DNA of 64,000 nucleotides from Candidatus Aenigmatarchaeota archaeon (GCA_038999435.1 JAVZYR010000001.1:18944-82943), one strand, 5' to 3'. Numbered from the stretch's first letter, positions 18,639-29,518 are shown. The notes: generated by a model from the sequence alone, not told the origin. Program-made: numbers and translations.

Positions 18639-19015
18639 TTTTTGCTTAATACCTCCATTCTTTTCTTATCATCAAGATTTAGGCTTATTATTTTAAGATT
18701 AGATGCATTAATAGGTCTCAAAACCTCACTCCCATCTGCCTTTTTCATTTTAAGCCCTTCAATCCAGACCTTTGCATCTCTAAGGCTTATTCTTTCCACT
18801 TTTCCTTTAAATCCCTTTTTATCTCCAACCTCAATCTCAACCTCATCACCTTTTCTTAGTGGAAGTGACCTCCTGCCATATTTTTTTCTAAGTTCAGCTG
18901 AGAGATGCGCAGATACAAACTTTCTTCTCACATGCAATGGTGCGTTTGCTATATATTTTCTCTGCTTTCTTGGTTGTTTGCTACCCTTCCATTTATTTGA
19001 CCATCTCCTTTTCAT
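18635..19015 (-). CDS. rpl24: Ribosomal protein uL24
   Basis: SKQPRKQRK, APLH, RKGDEV. Confidence 0.95.
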   Translation of the reverse strand: MKRRWSNKWKGSKQPRKQRKYIANAPLHVRRKFVSAHLSAELRKKYGRRSLPLRKGDEVEIEVGDKKGFKGKVERISLRDAKVWIEGLKMKKADGSEVLRPINASNLKIISLNLDDKKRMEVLSKK

Positions 19016-19410
19016 ACTACTATACTTGCAATTTTGCCTATTGCTGTAAACCTCTCAACAACCTCCCTTGCAACAGGCCCTTTAATCATCGTTGCTTTTG
19101 GTTCAAACCTATCATCTACTAATACTGCTGCATTATCTTCAAATGAGATAGATATACCATTTGGTCTTTTCCATACCTTTTTCTGTCTTATTATCACAGC
19201 CTTTACAACTTGATGTCTTATATTTTCATTACCCTTACTGACCCTGCATGTTACCACATCCCCAACACCTATTCTTTGTGCAAGCCTCCATCTTGTTTTT
19301 ATAGTTTTAGCAGATATGATTTGAAGTTCTTTTGCCCCAGAATTATCAGCGCAAACAAGGTAGCTACCAACAGATAACCCACGAACCATTTTTGATGTCA
19401 AGGCTTTCAT
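19012..19410 (-). CDS. rpl14: Ribosomal protein uL14
   Basis: CADNSGAK, FEDNAAV, IKGPVAREV. Confidence 0.96.
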   Translation of the reverse strand: MKALTSKMVRGLSVGSYLVCADNSGAKELQIISAKTIKTRWRLAQRIGVGDVVTCRVSKGNENIRHQVVKAVIIRQKKVWKRPNGISISFEDNAAVLVDDRFEPKATMIKGPVAREVVERFTAIGKIASIVV

Positions 19411-19745
19411 TTTTGTCCCTCCTTTTCAATTTTTGCAACTATAACAAAATTTTTTGTTTTTGAGAGTGGTCTGCATTCGGCTATTAGCACATTGTCGCCT
19501 TCTTTTGCTTTTATGCAATCAGGGTTATGTGCGGATACTTTTGACCTCTTTTTTTCAAACCTTTCATATTTTGGAACCCAATGATGATACTCCCATTCAA
19601 CTACAGCAGTCCTCATCATTCTTACCGACTTTACCCTACCTTCAAATATCCTTCCTCTTACTGATAGACTGCCATGCCAAGGACAGCGTGTATCCTTGCA
19701 CACCTTTTCAGGCGGTTTGACATCTATACCTATCGATTTCTTCAT
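19407..19745 (-). CDS. rps17: Ribosomal protein uS17
   Basis: CPWHG, PKYERF, ECRPLSKTK. Confidence 0.96.
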   Translation of the reverse strand: MKKSIGIDVKPPEKVCKDTRCPWHGSLSVRGRIFEGRVKSVRMMRTAVVEWEYHHWVPKYERFEKKRSKVSAHNPDCIKAKEGDNVLIAECRPLSKTKNFVIVAKIEKEGQK

Positions 19746-19785
19746 AATGATTATGAATTTATTTTATATTTAAGTTTGTGTTTTA

Positions 19786-20058
19786 TCAAATTTTCAAAAA
19801 CCTCTTTTTTATTCTATCCTCTGGCCTTATCAAAAGTACCTTTCCATTAATCTTTATCCATCTCTTTCCCACCTTAAATTCAAAAACACAATTTTCCTTT
19901 GGTATTTTTATAATTTTTCCTTTTGCATCTATACTAAACATATTTTTTGTTTCATCGACTATTCTACCTTCAATCCCAACCCATTGTGGATTTGTACTCT
20001 CAACAACTTTAATGGACATTCCAATAAATTCGGTCTTTGCAATCTTCTCTATATTCAT
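19786..20058 (-). CDS. rnp1: RNase P protein component 1 (Rpp29)
   Basis: EFIG, GRIVDETKN, RPEDRIK; canonical operon position. Confidence 0.9.
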   Translation of the reverse strand: MNIEKIAKTEFIGMSIKVVESTNPQWVGIEGRIVDETKNMFSIDAKGKIIKIPKENCVFEFKVGKRWIKINGKVLLIRPEDRIKKRFLKI

Positions 20059-20360
20059 GTTATTTCAATTTGTTCTTCAGGAAAACCGAGTTTAATCAAA
20101 ATACTCTTTATTTTTTCTTTATGATTTCCTTGTAACTCTATTGCATTATCCCTTATCGTGCCACCACACGCAAGCCTGGTTTTAAGTTCCTTAAATATCG
20201 GTTTTATATCTATCTCTTCTGATATACCCTGCACGATTGTTGCAGTTTTTCCGTATCTTCTTTGTACAGTAAAAACCCGTATCTTTTCTCTTTCTTTTGC
20301 CAATATTTCACAAGTACAGAGCTCCTTAGGAAGCCCACATTTGGGACAAATTTCAGGCAT
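20055..20360 (-). CDS. sui1: Translation initiation factor aIF1 (SUI1)
   Basis: CPKCGLP, LACGGT, IELQGNH. Confidence 0.95.
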   Translation of the reverse strand: MPEICPKCGLPKELCTCEILAKEREKIRVFTVQRRYGKTATIVQGISEEIDIKPIFKELKTRLACGGTIRDNAIELQGNHKEKIKSILIKLGFPEEQIEIT

Positions 20361-20556
20361 GTCTTTGTTGTGACATATGCATCTTTATCCTTGCTATCGT
20401 CTTTCTTATTTCTTTTATCTTCCCTGGAGAAGAAACAGATGCGCCTACTGCTATATTAGCCCTTTCTTTTGCTAACTCCATCTCAAATTCAGCTAATTTA
20501 GCTTCAAGCTCTTTTGCTCCAAGCTTTTTGATGTCTTTATATTTTAAAATAGCCAT
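20353..20556 (-). CDS. rpl29: Ribosomal protein uL29
   Basis: MAILK, PGKIKEIRKTIARI. Confidence 0.93.
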   Translation of the reverse strand: MAILKYKDIKKLGAKELEAKLAEFEMELAKERANIAVGASVSSPGKIKEIRKTIARIKMHMSQQRHA

Positions 20557-20582
20557 GGATATGAATTTTATTTATTTTATAT

Positions 20583-21248
20583 TTAAATTTCTTCTACCTC
20601 CTCTTTCTCTGCCTTTTCAACAACATCAATTAACATCTCTGCCCTTTCTTTGATTTCTTTTGGCTTTATCCTTTTCCCTGTTATATCTTCATATTCACAC
20701 ATTATCCTTACTTTTATCCCAATTTTACCAGGTTTTGTTTGTGCCTCTTCATATGCTTCATCAACAAGCCTATTTTTTGGCTCCCCACATATTTCAAGAT
20801 GGCCCTTTCTGAATTTGGCAGTCATTGCTTTTGCCCCACCAAGTTTTCCTGAGAATGTTATCTCAACACCAATTGCACCAGCAGCCATAATCCTTTCAAC
20901 TGCAAGGTTTCCAATCCTTTTGTAATTGAATCCTTTTTCTATTGCAGATGCTATCTGTTTTGCCATAATCTTTGCATCAAGGTCAGGGTTTTGGACAAGT
21001 TTAACATCTATTTGAGGATTTTCTAACCCAAATTTTTGTTTTATTGCATCTGTTATCTCTGTAATAGTTTTTCCACCTCTTCCTATAATCCTGCCTGGTT
21101 TGTCTGTCCATATCACAATCCTTATCCCAAGAGGGGTTCTTTGCAGCTCTGTTCGTGAATAGTCACCAACAGGAAAATTTTCCTTTATAAATTTCTCAAC
21201 CTCAAGTTCCTTTATACCCTGATTTACAAAAAATGAATCTGTTTTCAT
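20583..21248 (-). CDS. rps3: Ribosomal protein uS3
   Basis: RTPLG, PGRIIGRGG KH motif, GKIGIKVRI. Confidence 0.96.
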   Translation of the reverse strand: MKTDSFFVNQGIKELEVEKFIKENFPVGDYSRTELQRTPLGIRIVIWTDKPGRIIGRGGKTITEITDAIKQKFGLENPQIDVKLVQNPDLDAKIMAKQIASAIEKGFNYKRIGNLAVERIMAAGAIGVEITFSGKLGGAKAMTAKFRKGHLEICGEPKNRLVDEAYEEAQTKPGKIGIKVRIMCEYEDITGKRIKPKEIKERAEMLIDVVEKAEKEEVEEI

Positions 21249-21628
21249 CTCTCCTCTAATACCACCTGAATGTGTGTCATTCTTCTTGTTTGTCCTCTTA
21301 ACTTAAATCTTCTTGGCCTTCTTGCGGTCCAACCACGATGTGCAGATGCATGAACGAATAGCCTTTCAGAATCAAGGCCTTTTGCTTCAGCATTTTTTTC
21401 AGCAGAATTTAAAAGCTCAAGTACAGAGCTTGCTGTTTTTGTGTAATATTTTCCGTTAAGCGAAGCCCTTTCGGATATCAGCTCATTGAGAAACTTCTTT
21501 GCTTTGTCAAGCCTGAGCCCAGTAATTGCCTTGCAGATAGCTACAGAATGTTTTGTTGATATACTTAATCCTCTACCATACGCCTTTGCAAAGTTTTTCG
21601 ATTTTGGGGTATAGGCATATCTTAGCAT
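21245..21628 (-). CDS. rpl22: Ribosomal protein uL22 (short form)
   Basis: ISTKHS, NAEAKGLD, THIQVVLEE. Confidence 0.9.
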   Translation of the reverse strand: MLRYAYTPKSKNFAKAYGRGLSISTKHSVAICKAITGLRLDKAKKFLNELISERASLNGKYYTKTASSVLELLNSAEKNAEAKGLDSERLFVHASAHRGWTARRPRRFKLRGQTRRMTHIQVVLEER

Positions 21629-22125
21629 TACTTACCCTCCTTTTTCTGTGCTGTACTTGAACCAGGTTGTGCCTTTTTTCTTATCACACCAACACTTCTG
21701 CCTTTTCTAAAAGATGATCTGGTCCTCTGTCCCCTTACAGGCAGTCCTGCTGCATGTCTAACGCCACGATAGCATTTGATTCTTTTGAGTTCATTTATAT
21801 CAAAACTTACAGCAAAATCGAGCTGTGAGCTTAAAAGATGTCTTGTTTGACCTGTTGGGTCTTTTCTTCTATTAAAAAGCCAAACAGGTATTCCATATTT
21901 TTCTGGTTGATGCAGCATATCCTCCAATTTTTTAATTTCAGCCTCATTTAGTTCAGAAAGCTTTTTCCCGTAAAAACCGCCTGCATGGGCTATAGCATTA
22001 GCAAATGAAAAAGATATACCTTTTATTTTCATTAAAGCCCGTGCTACATCTTTCTGTCCATCCAAATCCGTTTCGGCTAACCTTATTATTTCTTGCCCCT
22101 TTTCTTTACCAATCTGTTTTGCCAT
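21628..22125 (-). CDS. rps13: Ribosomal protein uS13
   Basis: IPVWLFNRRKD, YRGVRH, LPVRGQRT. Confidence 0.96.
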   Translation of the reverse strand: MAKQIGKEKGQEIIRLAETDLDGQKDVARALMKIKGISFSFANAIAHAGGFYGKKLSELNEAEIKKLEDMLHQPEKYGIPVWLFNRRKDPTGQTRHLLSSQLDFAVSFDINELKRIKCYRGVRHAAGLPVRGQRTRSSFRKGRSVGVIRKKAQPGSSTAQKKEGK

Positions 22126-22165
22126 ATTTGCTTATTATTTAAATTATTTTAAATAAATAGTGACT

Positions 22166-22969
22166 ATGAGATTTTCAGTTTACACCATTGATGGAAAGAG
22201 GACTGGCCATATAGATTTAGCCAGGCTTTTCTCAATACCCATTAGGGATGATGTCATAAAAAAGGCTGTTCTGGCAGAGAGGGCAGCTGCGCGTCAACCT
22301 TATGGCCGAGATGAACTAGCCGGAAAAAGGACATCTGCACATTATCATGGTTTGAGGCATTATAGATGGACTATGATGAACAGAGAGATGGCAAGAATGA
22401 AAAGGATACATCATCAAGGCTATCTTGAATGGACAGCCCGGTTTGTACCACAGGCCGTTAAAGGTAGACTTGCACACCCTCCACTCGTAGAAAAAGTATG
22501 GAAACAAAAAATAAACAAAAAGGAAAGGATTCTTGCATTGTTATCTGCAGCCAGCGCGACAGCTATCCCTCAACTTGTAAAAAACAGAGGTCACAAATTA
22601 GAGAATGTTCAGCTACCAATTATAGTTGAGGATGACATTGAGGCTATAAAAAAGGCAAAAGAACTTGAGGCTTTTCTTAAAAAGATAGGGCTTGAACATG
22701 AAATAGAAAGGATAAGAAAAACAAAACAAAGAGCAGGAAAGGGTAAAAGGAGAGGGAGAAGAATCATAAAAAGAAAAGGGCCATTGATCGTCATAAAAAA
22801 GGATAGAGGGATAGGCCTAATTTCAAGTATTCCTGGTATTGACATAGTTAATGCAGAAAAGCTTACGGTATCGCATCTTGCCCCTGGAACAACACCAGGT
22901 AGGCTATGTATATGGAGCAAGGGGGCATGCGAGTTTATAGACAAATTAGGTGAAAAAATAGGTGGTTGA
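22166..22969 (+). CDS. rpl4: Ribosomal protein uL4
   Basis: RQPYG, AVKGRLAHPP, HLAPG. Confidence 0.93.
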   Translation: MRFSVYTIDGKRTGHIDLARLFSIPIRDDVIKKAVLAERAAARQPYGRDELAGKRTSAHYHGLRHYRWTMMNREMARMKRIHHQGYLEWTARFVPQAVKGRLAHPPLVEKVWKQKINKKERILALLSAASATAIPQLVKNRGHKLENVQLPIIVEDDIEAIKKAKELEAFLKKIGLEHEIERIRKTKQRAGKGKRRGRRIIKRKGPLIVIKKDRGIGLISSIPGIDIVNAEKLTVSHLAPGTTPGRLCIWSKGACEFIDKLGEKIGG

Positions 22970-22970
22970 T

Positions 22971-23234
22971 ATGGCAGGATTTTGGGAGATAATAAAATAT
23001 CCACATCTGGTTGAAAAGTCAATAAACCTTGTAGAAAAAGAGAACAAACTCGTTTTAATAATTAATAGAAGATACAACAAAAAAGAGATTAAAAAGGCTG
23101 TTGAAGATGAGTTTAAGGTTAAGGTCCTCTCTGTTCGAGTCCAAAATACACCAAAAGGTGTTAAAAAGGCATATATAAAATTAAGCCCTGAGCATTCGGC
23201 ATCAGAGATTGCATCAAGGCTTGGTATGGTGTAG
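22971..23234 (+). CDS. rpl23: Ribosomal protein uL23
   Basis: IKYP...EK, KKAYIKL, IASRLG. Confidence 0.95.
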   Translation: MAGFWEIIKYPHLVEKSINLVEKENKLVLIINRRYNKKEIKKAVEDEFKVKVLSVRVQNTPKGVKKAYIKLSPEHSASEIASRLGMV

Positions 23235-23244
23235 GTGAGATTGT

Positions 23245-23907
23245 ATGGGAAAAAAGATAATTGCACAAAAAAGGGGAAAAGGAAGCCCAACATACAGGGT
23301 ACCTTCTTATCATTTTCAGCCAAAGCTCGAATTTAGGGATATAAATGGCACTGTTACCGATATTGTAAATCATCCTGCAAAACTTGTCCCGCTTGTTCAA
23401 ATCACATGGGATGATGCAAGAAAAGGATGGCTTCCTGCTCCAGAAGGGATTAAGGTTGGGGACAGGATTGGTGATTATGTTAAACAACTCAAAGACATCC
23501 CAGTTGGTAGTAAGATATTTGCCATAGAAATGAGGCCGAACAGTGGGCCAAAGCTTTGCCGGGCTTCTTCTGCATTGTTATTTTCAAAAGAAAAAGATAG
23601 CTGCATTATTAAGCTCCCATCAAGAAAGGATATATTTCTAAGCACATTGTGCAGGGCTATTATTGGAAATCCCGCTGCAGATGGAAGAAAAGAGAAGCCA
23701 TGGATTAAGGCAGGAAAGAAGGCAATCGCAATGAGAAGAAGAGGAAAGTTCTATCCTGTTCCAACAGCAAGCCGTATGAACGCGGTTGACCATCCATTTG
23801 GTGGAAAGTCTGGTGTTGGCCGTTCTAAAACAGTATCAAGAACTGCACCACCCGGGGCAAAGGTTGGTTCCATTGCAGCAAGGAGGACAGGAAAGAGGAA
23901 AAAGTAA
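23245..23907 (+). CDS. rpl2: Ribosomal protein uL2
   Basis: MGKKIIAQKRG, MNAVDHPFGG, KVGSIAARRTG. Confidence 0.96.
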   Translation: MGKKIIAQKRGKGSPTYRVPSYHFQPKLEFRDINGTVTDIVNHPAKLVPLVQITWDDARKGWLPAPEGIKVGDRIGDYVKQLKDIPVGSKIFAIEMRPNSGPKLCRASSALLFSKEKDSCIIKLPSRKDIFLSTLCRAIIGNPAADGRKEKPWIKAGKKAIAMRRRGKFYPVPTASRMNAVDHPFGGKSGVGRSKTVSRTAPPGAKVGSIAARRTGKRKK

Positions 23908-23939
23908 TAAAAATATAATAAAAATGTCAGGTGGTTTAT

Positions 23940-24320
23940 ATGCCAAAATTTGAATGGAGAGGAAAAACGGAGGATGAAATTAAGAAGATATCATTAGAGG
24001 AATTTATGGCGCTAATCCCTGCACGCGAAAGAAGAAGGCTGAAAAGAGGATTTACATATCCAGAGAAAAAATTGCTTGAGAGGATGAGGAAAAAACCTGA
24101 AAAATTTTTCAGAACAAAATGCCGATCTATGCCAATTATACCTGAGATGATAGGCAAAAAAATAGGCGTATATAATGGTAAAGAATATGTACCGATTGAG
24201 ATAAGACCTGATATGCTTGGCCACCGCCTTGGCGAGTTTGTGCTGACAAGAAAGCCTGTCAAGCATTCTGCACCAGGTTTCGGTGCAACAAAATCTTCAA
24301 AGTTTGTACCTCTGAAATGA
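23940..24320 (+). CDS. rps19: Ribosomal protein uS19
   Basis: [24 protein letters not shown]. Confidence 0.96.
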   Translation: MPKFEWRGKTEDEIKKISLEEFMALIPARERRRLKRGFTYPEKKLLERMRKKPEKFFRTKCRSMPIIPEMIGKKIGVYNGKEYVPIEIRPDMLGHRLGEFVLTRKPVKHSAPGFGATKSSKFVPLK

Positions 24321-24772
24321 GAAGGATAAGGAATAAGTTCAGAAAACCAAAGAGAAGATGGGACAAGAAAGCGATAGAGGAAGATAGAAAGATAATGAAA
24401 GAATTTGGTCTGAGAAGGAAGAAAGAATTATGGGCTGCAAAAGAAATGCTAAGAAAGTTTAGACAGAGGGCAAGGGAACTAATTGCAGTAAAAGATAAGG
24501 AAAAAGAGAAGGCACTTCTTCACAAGCTTATAAAACTTGGCTTACTTAAAGAAGGGCAAGGGCTCGATGATGTCTTGGCTTTAACTGTGAGAGATTTGTT
24601 AGAAAGAAGACTCCAAACAATTGTATATAGAAAAGGCTTGGCAAACACACCAAAACAGGCAAGACAAATTGTTGTTCATGGTCACATAACAATTGCTGAA
24701 AGAAGGACAAATATACCATCCTATATGGTCGCTGTAGATGAAGAGGGTTTGATAAAGAGGAGGGAGAGATGA
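24317..24772 (+). CDS. rps4: Ribosomal protein uS4
   Basis: [21 protein letters not shown]. Confidence 0.95.
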   Translation: MRRIRNKFRKPKRRWDKKAIEEDRKIMKEFGLRRKKELWAAKEMLRKFRQRARELIAVKDKEKEKALLHKLIKLGLLKEGQGLDDVLALTVRDLLERRLQTIVYRKGLANTPKQARQIVVHGHITIAERRTNIPSYMVAVDEEGLIKRRER

Positions 24773-25161
24773 CAAAAAAAGAAAGATGGGGGGTTGCACA
24801 CATATTTTCTTCTGTGAATAATACAATCATACACATCACGGACCTGTCAGGTGCAGAGACAATCGCAAGATGCTCTGGTGGTATTATAACAGATAGAGAT
24901 AAGGACAAGGGAACACCTTTTCCAGCAATACAAGCAGCAAAGCGTGTTGCAGAGGAAGCACTTTCAAAAGGGATAACAGGTGTGCACATAAAAGTTAGGG
25001 CCCCTGGTGGGATAAAGAAAAAGGTTCCGGGCCAAGGTGCACAACCTGCAATAAGGACGCTGATAAGAATGGGGCTGAAGATAGGCAGGATAGAAGATGT
25101 TACACCAATACCTCACAATGGCTGTAGACCAAAAGGAGGAAGAAGAGGAAGGAGGGTATAA
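24769..25161 (+). CDS. rps11: Ribosomal protein uS11
   Basis: [29 protein letters not shown]. Confidence 0.97.
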   Translation: MTKKERWGVAHIFSSVNNTIIHITDLSGAETIARCSGGIITDRDKDKGTPFPAIQAAKRVAEEALSKGITGVHIKVRAPGGIKKKVPGQGAQPAIRTLIRMGLKIGRIEDVTPIPHNGCRPKGGRRGRRV

Positions 25162-25193
25162 TCTCTTTATAATATCAAAAATTGGAGGGCTAC

Positions 25194-26162
25194 ATGGCAA
25201 AGAGAAACAGACCAAGAAGAGGTTCAACTGCATTTTGGCCCAAAGGTAGAGCAAAGAGGATTTATCCAAGATTAAAATGCAAGATAGCAGAAGAAAAGGC
25301 AATACCACTTGGTTTTGCAGGATACAAAGCAGGCATGACCCGTGCAATCATCCTGGATATGAAAAAGGGCTCTGCAACACACGGGCAAGAGGTTGTTAAG
25401 CCAGTTACGATTTTAGATATCCCATCATTAAATGTCATAGGGCTAAAATGTTACAAAAAAACAACAGATGGCCTGTCTGATAAGGGCATTATTTGGTGCG
25501 AAAAGATTGATGCTGAGGTGAAGAGGAAAATGTCAATCCCAAAAAATCCTAAGCCCGATTTTAGCAGGCTTGAAGGCATTGATGATGTACGGCTCCTTGT
25601 TCAAACACAACCAAAAAATGCAGGAATTGGAAAGAAAAGGCCAGAGGTTTTTGAGATACCGCTCGGCGGTAAGCTTGAACAAAAAATTGCATTTGCAAAG
25701 GAAAAGCTCGGAAAGGAGATAAGGCTTGATGAAATATTTCAGCCAGGCGAGTATGTAGATGTGATTGCAGTGACAAAAGGCAAAGGTTTAGAGGGCCCTG
25801 TAAGGCGGTTTGGTGTAAAGATAAGACCAAGAAAGCATCAAGGCAAGCGAAGGCATGGTGGTGTACTTGGTGCAGAAAATCAGGGAAAGGTACTACCGGT
25901 TGTAATTCCAATGGCAGGTCAACTTGGTTTTCAGACAAGGACGGAATACAATAAACAGATACTTCAGATAGGTAAAGGAGGTATTCAACCAAAAGGAGGA
26001 TGGCTTGGCTATTCTCCTGTTCCTGGAGATTATTTAGTTCTTGCCGGCTCTGTGCCAGGGCCAAAAAAGAGATTGGTTTTGCTTAGGAAGGCATACCGTG
26101 CCAAGGCCCCAGCAGCATTTGAATTAAAGAAAATCATTTTAGACAGCTTACAAGGGAAGTAG
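25194..26162 (+). CDS. rpl3: Ribosomal protein uL3
   Basis: PRRGS, GYKAGMT, TKGKG, GSVPGPKKR. Confidence 0.96.
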   Translation: MAKRNRPRRGSTAFWPKGRAKRIYPRLKCKIAEEKAIPLGFAGYKAGMTRAIILDMKKGSATHGQEVVKPVTILDIPSLNVIGLKCYKKTTDGLSDKGIIWCEKIDAEVKRKMSIPKNPKPDFSRLEGIDDVRLLVQTQPKNAGIGKKRPEVFEIPLGGKLEQKIAFAKEKLGKEIRLDEIFQPGEYVDVIAVTKGKGLEGPVRRFGVKIRPRKHQGKRRHGGVLGAENQGKVLPVVIPMAGQLGFQTRTEYNKQILQIGKGGIQPKGGWLGYSPVPGDYLVLAGSVPGPKKRLVLLRKAYRAKAPAAFELKKIILDSLQGK

Positions 26163-26198
26163 GTTCTTTTTATGAATTTTTTAAAAGGAGGTGATAAG

Positions 26199-26432
26199 AT
26201 GGTAGAGAAAAAAATTGACAAATACCACGATGTCGATATTTTAAGCATTAAATACACAAAGCTTGTAGACCATAAAACCGGCGAAAGGCTTTCTATAGGA
26301 TCTGGTTGGACATACGAAGAATCTGATGAAAAGGCACTAGAAAATCTGTATAACAAACTTCACGAAAAATTAAAAAATAATTTATTAGTTTCTTTGATAC
26401 TTTCTTTTTATCCAAAGCCTATTGCCCAATAA
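26199..26432 (+). CDS. Hypothetical protein
   Basis: AGGAGGTGA SD before ATG 26199; no recognised family. Confidence 0.55.
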   Translation: MVEKKIDKYHDVDILSIKYTKLVDHKTGERLSIGSGWTYEESDEKALENLYNKLHEKLKNNLLVSLILSFYPKPIAQ

Positions 26433-27193
26433 CTCACGACAGAGCCCATATCACCTGTGACATCACCTGATGTACTAGAATGCAGGATTTTTGCCTTTAA
26501 CCCGAGCCGTTTTGCAAATGCAATCACAACAGCAATGCCCGCATAACCACAAACCGAGGCATCGATTTCCTCAAGTACATCGAAAAGGCCTTTTGCATCA
26601 AGCCCTTTTATTTTTTCTATTGTTTTATTATCCTTTTCTGTCGCAATGTCAATAGGTAGATAATGGCTAAAATCAGATGATGCGATAAGCCCAACATCAT
26701 ATCTTGCAAGCATCCTACCAAGTTCGATACACTGCTCTAGAAGCTCATCAGAATAGTCGATATTTATTATAGATATCGGCACAATCCTAAAATTTTCAAA
26801 TCTATATTTCAAAAATGGCAACTGTACCTCAATTGAATGTTCATTTGCATGTGCGCTCTTTTCATCCTTCAAAAATTTCAGTCCTAGTAATTTTTTAATC
26901 AAATCCTCATCAGCCTCAACCTTGCCAAGTGGAGTTTCCCATGCATCACTACATGTGCTAAAATCAGGTCCAATGCCCTGATGGTTTGGACCAATAATAA
27001 CATATGTGTTACTTTTTTTAAGAGCAGCAATTGCATGCGCACATGTCTTCCCAGAATATACATAGCCTGCATGTGGGCTTATAACAGCACGACATGCTGC
27101 AGGCTTTGTATCAGAAAAAAATTCCTTTAGCTGTGCCTTTAACAAAGATGGTTGGGCAGGATAGAATGCACCAGAAAATACAGCCTTCCTCAT
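26408..27193 (-). CDS. MEMO1 family protein (AmmeMemoRadiSam protein B)
   Basis: FYP, PHAGYVYSG, GPNH, EHSIEVQLPFL, SSDFSHY. Confidence 0.93.
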   Translation of the reverse strand: MRKAVFSGAFYPAQPSLLKAQLKEFFSDTKPAACRAVISPHAGYVYSGKTCAHAIAALKKSNTYVIIGPNHQGIGPDFSTCSDAWETPLGKVEADEDLIKKLLGLKFLKDEKSAHANEHSIEVQLPFLKYRFENFRIVPISIINIDYSDELLEQCIELGRMLARYDVGLIASSDFSHYLPIDIATEKDNKTIEKIKGLDAKGLFDVLEEIDASVCGYAGIAVVIAFAKRLGLKAKILHSSTSGDVTGDMGSVVSYWAIGFG

Positions 27194-27218
27194 ATTAATA
27201 ATTAACTCAGGATAAAAA

Positions 27219-29507
27219 TCAACCTATATATTTTACCTCTTCAGGCGGTTTTTCTGTTGTTACAGGAGCTTTAAACTGTTCTGCAATCTTCTGATAAAAT
27301 GTATTGAGCTTTGGTGTGACTGATGGTTTTACTTTGTTCATCGCTTCAGCAAAATCACTCTTTTTCACGTTCGCTGCTTTTATATCTTTTCTTAATGCAT
27401 TCATTGCTGCCTCTCTGCATAGTGCTTCTATATCAGCACCAGTATAACCTTCTGTCTGTTTTGCAAGCGCCTCAATGCTTACATCCTTTGCAAGTGGCAT
27501 GTGCTTTGTGTGAATCTTGAAAATTTCAAGTCGACCTTTGTAATCTGGTGCAGGCACATATACCTGTCTGTCAAATCTCCCTGGTCTTAGTAATGCAGGG
27601 TCAAGGATGTCTGGTCTGTTTGTAGCAGCAATCACAACAACATTGTGCATTTCTTCGAGCCCTGACATCTCTGTCAATATTTGTGAGACAACCGTTTCTG
27701 AAACCCTTGTACCAACCTCAAGCCCTCTTCTTGGTGCAATGGCATCTATCTCATCAAAAAATATGATAGCGGGTGCAACCTGTTTTGCCCTTCTGAATAT
27801 TTCCCTGATTTTTCTTTCAGATTCACCAACCCACATTGTGTATATCTCAGGACCCTTCACAGATATAAAATTGGCACCAGATTCATTTGCAACAGCCTTT
27901 GCAAGCAGCGTCTTTCCTGTACCTGGCGGGCCATAGAGCAAAATACCACTTGGTGGCTTGATACCCATTCTTTTGAAAATCCCCGGATATTTCAATGGCC
28001 ATTCTACCACTTCTTTAAGTTTCTGCTTTACATCATCTAAATCACCAATATCAGACCATCTTATGTTTGGAACTTCAACAAGCACTTCACGCATTGCTGA
28101 TGGGCTAACAAGCTTTAATGCAGTTTTAAAGTCTTGCATTGTAACTTGCAGCTTTTCCAAAATCTCTTTTGGCAATTCACCTTCTTTTTTCCAGCTTATA
28201 CCAGGCATCACCCTTCTCAGCGCAGCCATTGCTGCCTCTTTGCATAATGCTTCAAGGTCAGCACCTACAAATCCATAAGTAACTGATGCAAGCCAATCGA
28301 TATCAACATCTTTTGCAAGCGGCATGTTCCTTGTGTGTATCTGCAATATCTCCTTTCTGCCCTTTTGGTCAGGCACGCCTATTTCAACCTCCCTATCAAA
28401 TCGTCCAGGCCTTCTCAGCGCAGGATCGAGTGCATCTGGCCTGTTTGTAGCGGCAATGACAATAACCTTTCCTCGCGTTTTCATACCATCCATGAGTGCA
28501 AGAAGCTGTGCAACAACCCTTCTTTCAACTTCACCTGTCACCTCTTCACGCTTTGGTGCAATTGCATCTATTTCATCTATGAATATGATACTTGGTGCGT
28601 TCTTTTCTGCATCTGCAAAAATATCTCTCAACCTTTTTTCAGATTCGCCATACCATTTGCTCATAATCTCTGGCCCTGATATTGCTGTGAATGAAGCACC
28701 AGACTCATTTGCAACAGCCTTTGCAAGCAGCGTCTTTCCTGTACCTGGTGGGCCATAGAGCAGCACGCCTTTTGGCGGTTCTATACCAAGCCTTGTGAAT
28801 AGCTCGGGATGTCTCAATGGCAACTCAACCATCTCTCTTATCTTTTCTATTGCCTGCGCAAGCCCGCCCACATCTTCGTATGTTATCGTTGGTATCTTTC
28901 TCTCTTCTATCTCGACTGCTTCTGGTTTTAGTTCTATCTCTGTGATGTCTGTTATCTTTACAATATCTTCTGGGTTTGTTGAAACCACAACAAGCTTTGT
29001 CTCACCAGGCAATGGTGTGAAAAATATCTCTTCAATTGGTATGCCAAATATCTCTCCGAATGATGGTCCATATCTTTTTACAATCGGAAACGGCGCAAGT
29101 ATGTCACCTTTTGTAACTGGTCTCATATACAGATTTTTCTTTAGCATCTCAGATGGAACTTGAATCACAACACCTTTTTGTGCAGGTGCAAGTACAACCC
29201 TTTTTGCCTCTTTGACATCAGCCTTTTTTATTTTTATCATATCACCCACACCTACACCTGCATTTTTTCTTGTTAATCCATCCATCCTTACAATAGAAAG
29301 CCCAATGTCAGCAGGATATGAACGGACAGCTATTGCACCCGTTTTTCTTTTTCCTATAAGCTCAACAATATCACCCTCTTTTATGCCAAGTTCCTTCATT
29401 GTTTGTGAATCGAGCCTTATAATACCTCGGCCAAATTCATCTCTTGATGTCAACTCGCCAACCTTCAGGGTTATGATTTTCCTTTCGTCATGTTTTCCAT
29501 CTGACAT
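27219..29507 (-). CDS. cdc48: CDC48/VAT AAA+ ATPase
   Basis: N-domain plus two AAA modules ([18 protein letters not shown]). Confidence 0.96.
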   Translation of the reverse strand: MSDGKHDERKIITLKVGELTSRDEFGRGIIRLDSQTMKELGIKEGDIVELIGKRKTGAIAVRSYPADIGLSIVRMDGLTRKNAGVGVGDMIKIKKADVKEAKRVVLAPAQKGVVIQVPSEMLKKNLYMRPVTKGDILAPFPIVKRYGPSFGEIFGIPIEEIFFTPLPGETKLVVVSTNPEDIVKITDITEIELKPEAVEIEERKIPTITYEDVGGLAQAIEKIREMVELPLRHPELFTRLGIEPPKGVLLYGPPGTGKTLLAKAVANESGASFTAISGPEIMSKWYGESEKRLRDIFADAEKNAPSIIFIDEIDAIAPKREEVTGEVERRVVAQLLALMDGMKTRGKVIVIAATNRPDALDPALRRPGRFDREVEIGVPDQKGRKEILQIHTRNMPLAKDVDIDWLASVTYGFVGADLEALCKEAAMAALRRVMPGISWKKEGELPKEILEKLQVTMQDFKTALKLVSPSAMREVLVEVPNIRWSDIGDLDDVKQKLKEVVEWPLKYPGIFKRMGIKPPSGILLYGPPGTGKTLLAKAVANESGANFISVKGPEIYTMWVGESERKIREIFRRAKQVAPAIIFFDEIDAIAPRRGLEVGTRVSETVVSQILTEMSGLEEMHNVVVIAATNRPDILDPALLRPGRFDRQVYVPAPDYKGRLEIFKIHTKHMPLAKDVSIEALAKQTEGYTGADIEALCREAAMNALRKDIKAANVKKSDFAEAMNKVKPSVTPKLNTFYQKIAEQFKAPVTTEKPPEEVKYIG

Positions 29508-29518
29508 ATTATTAGATA

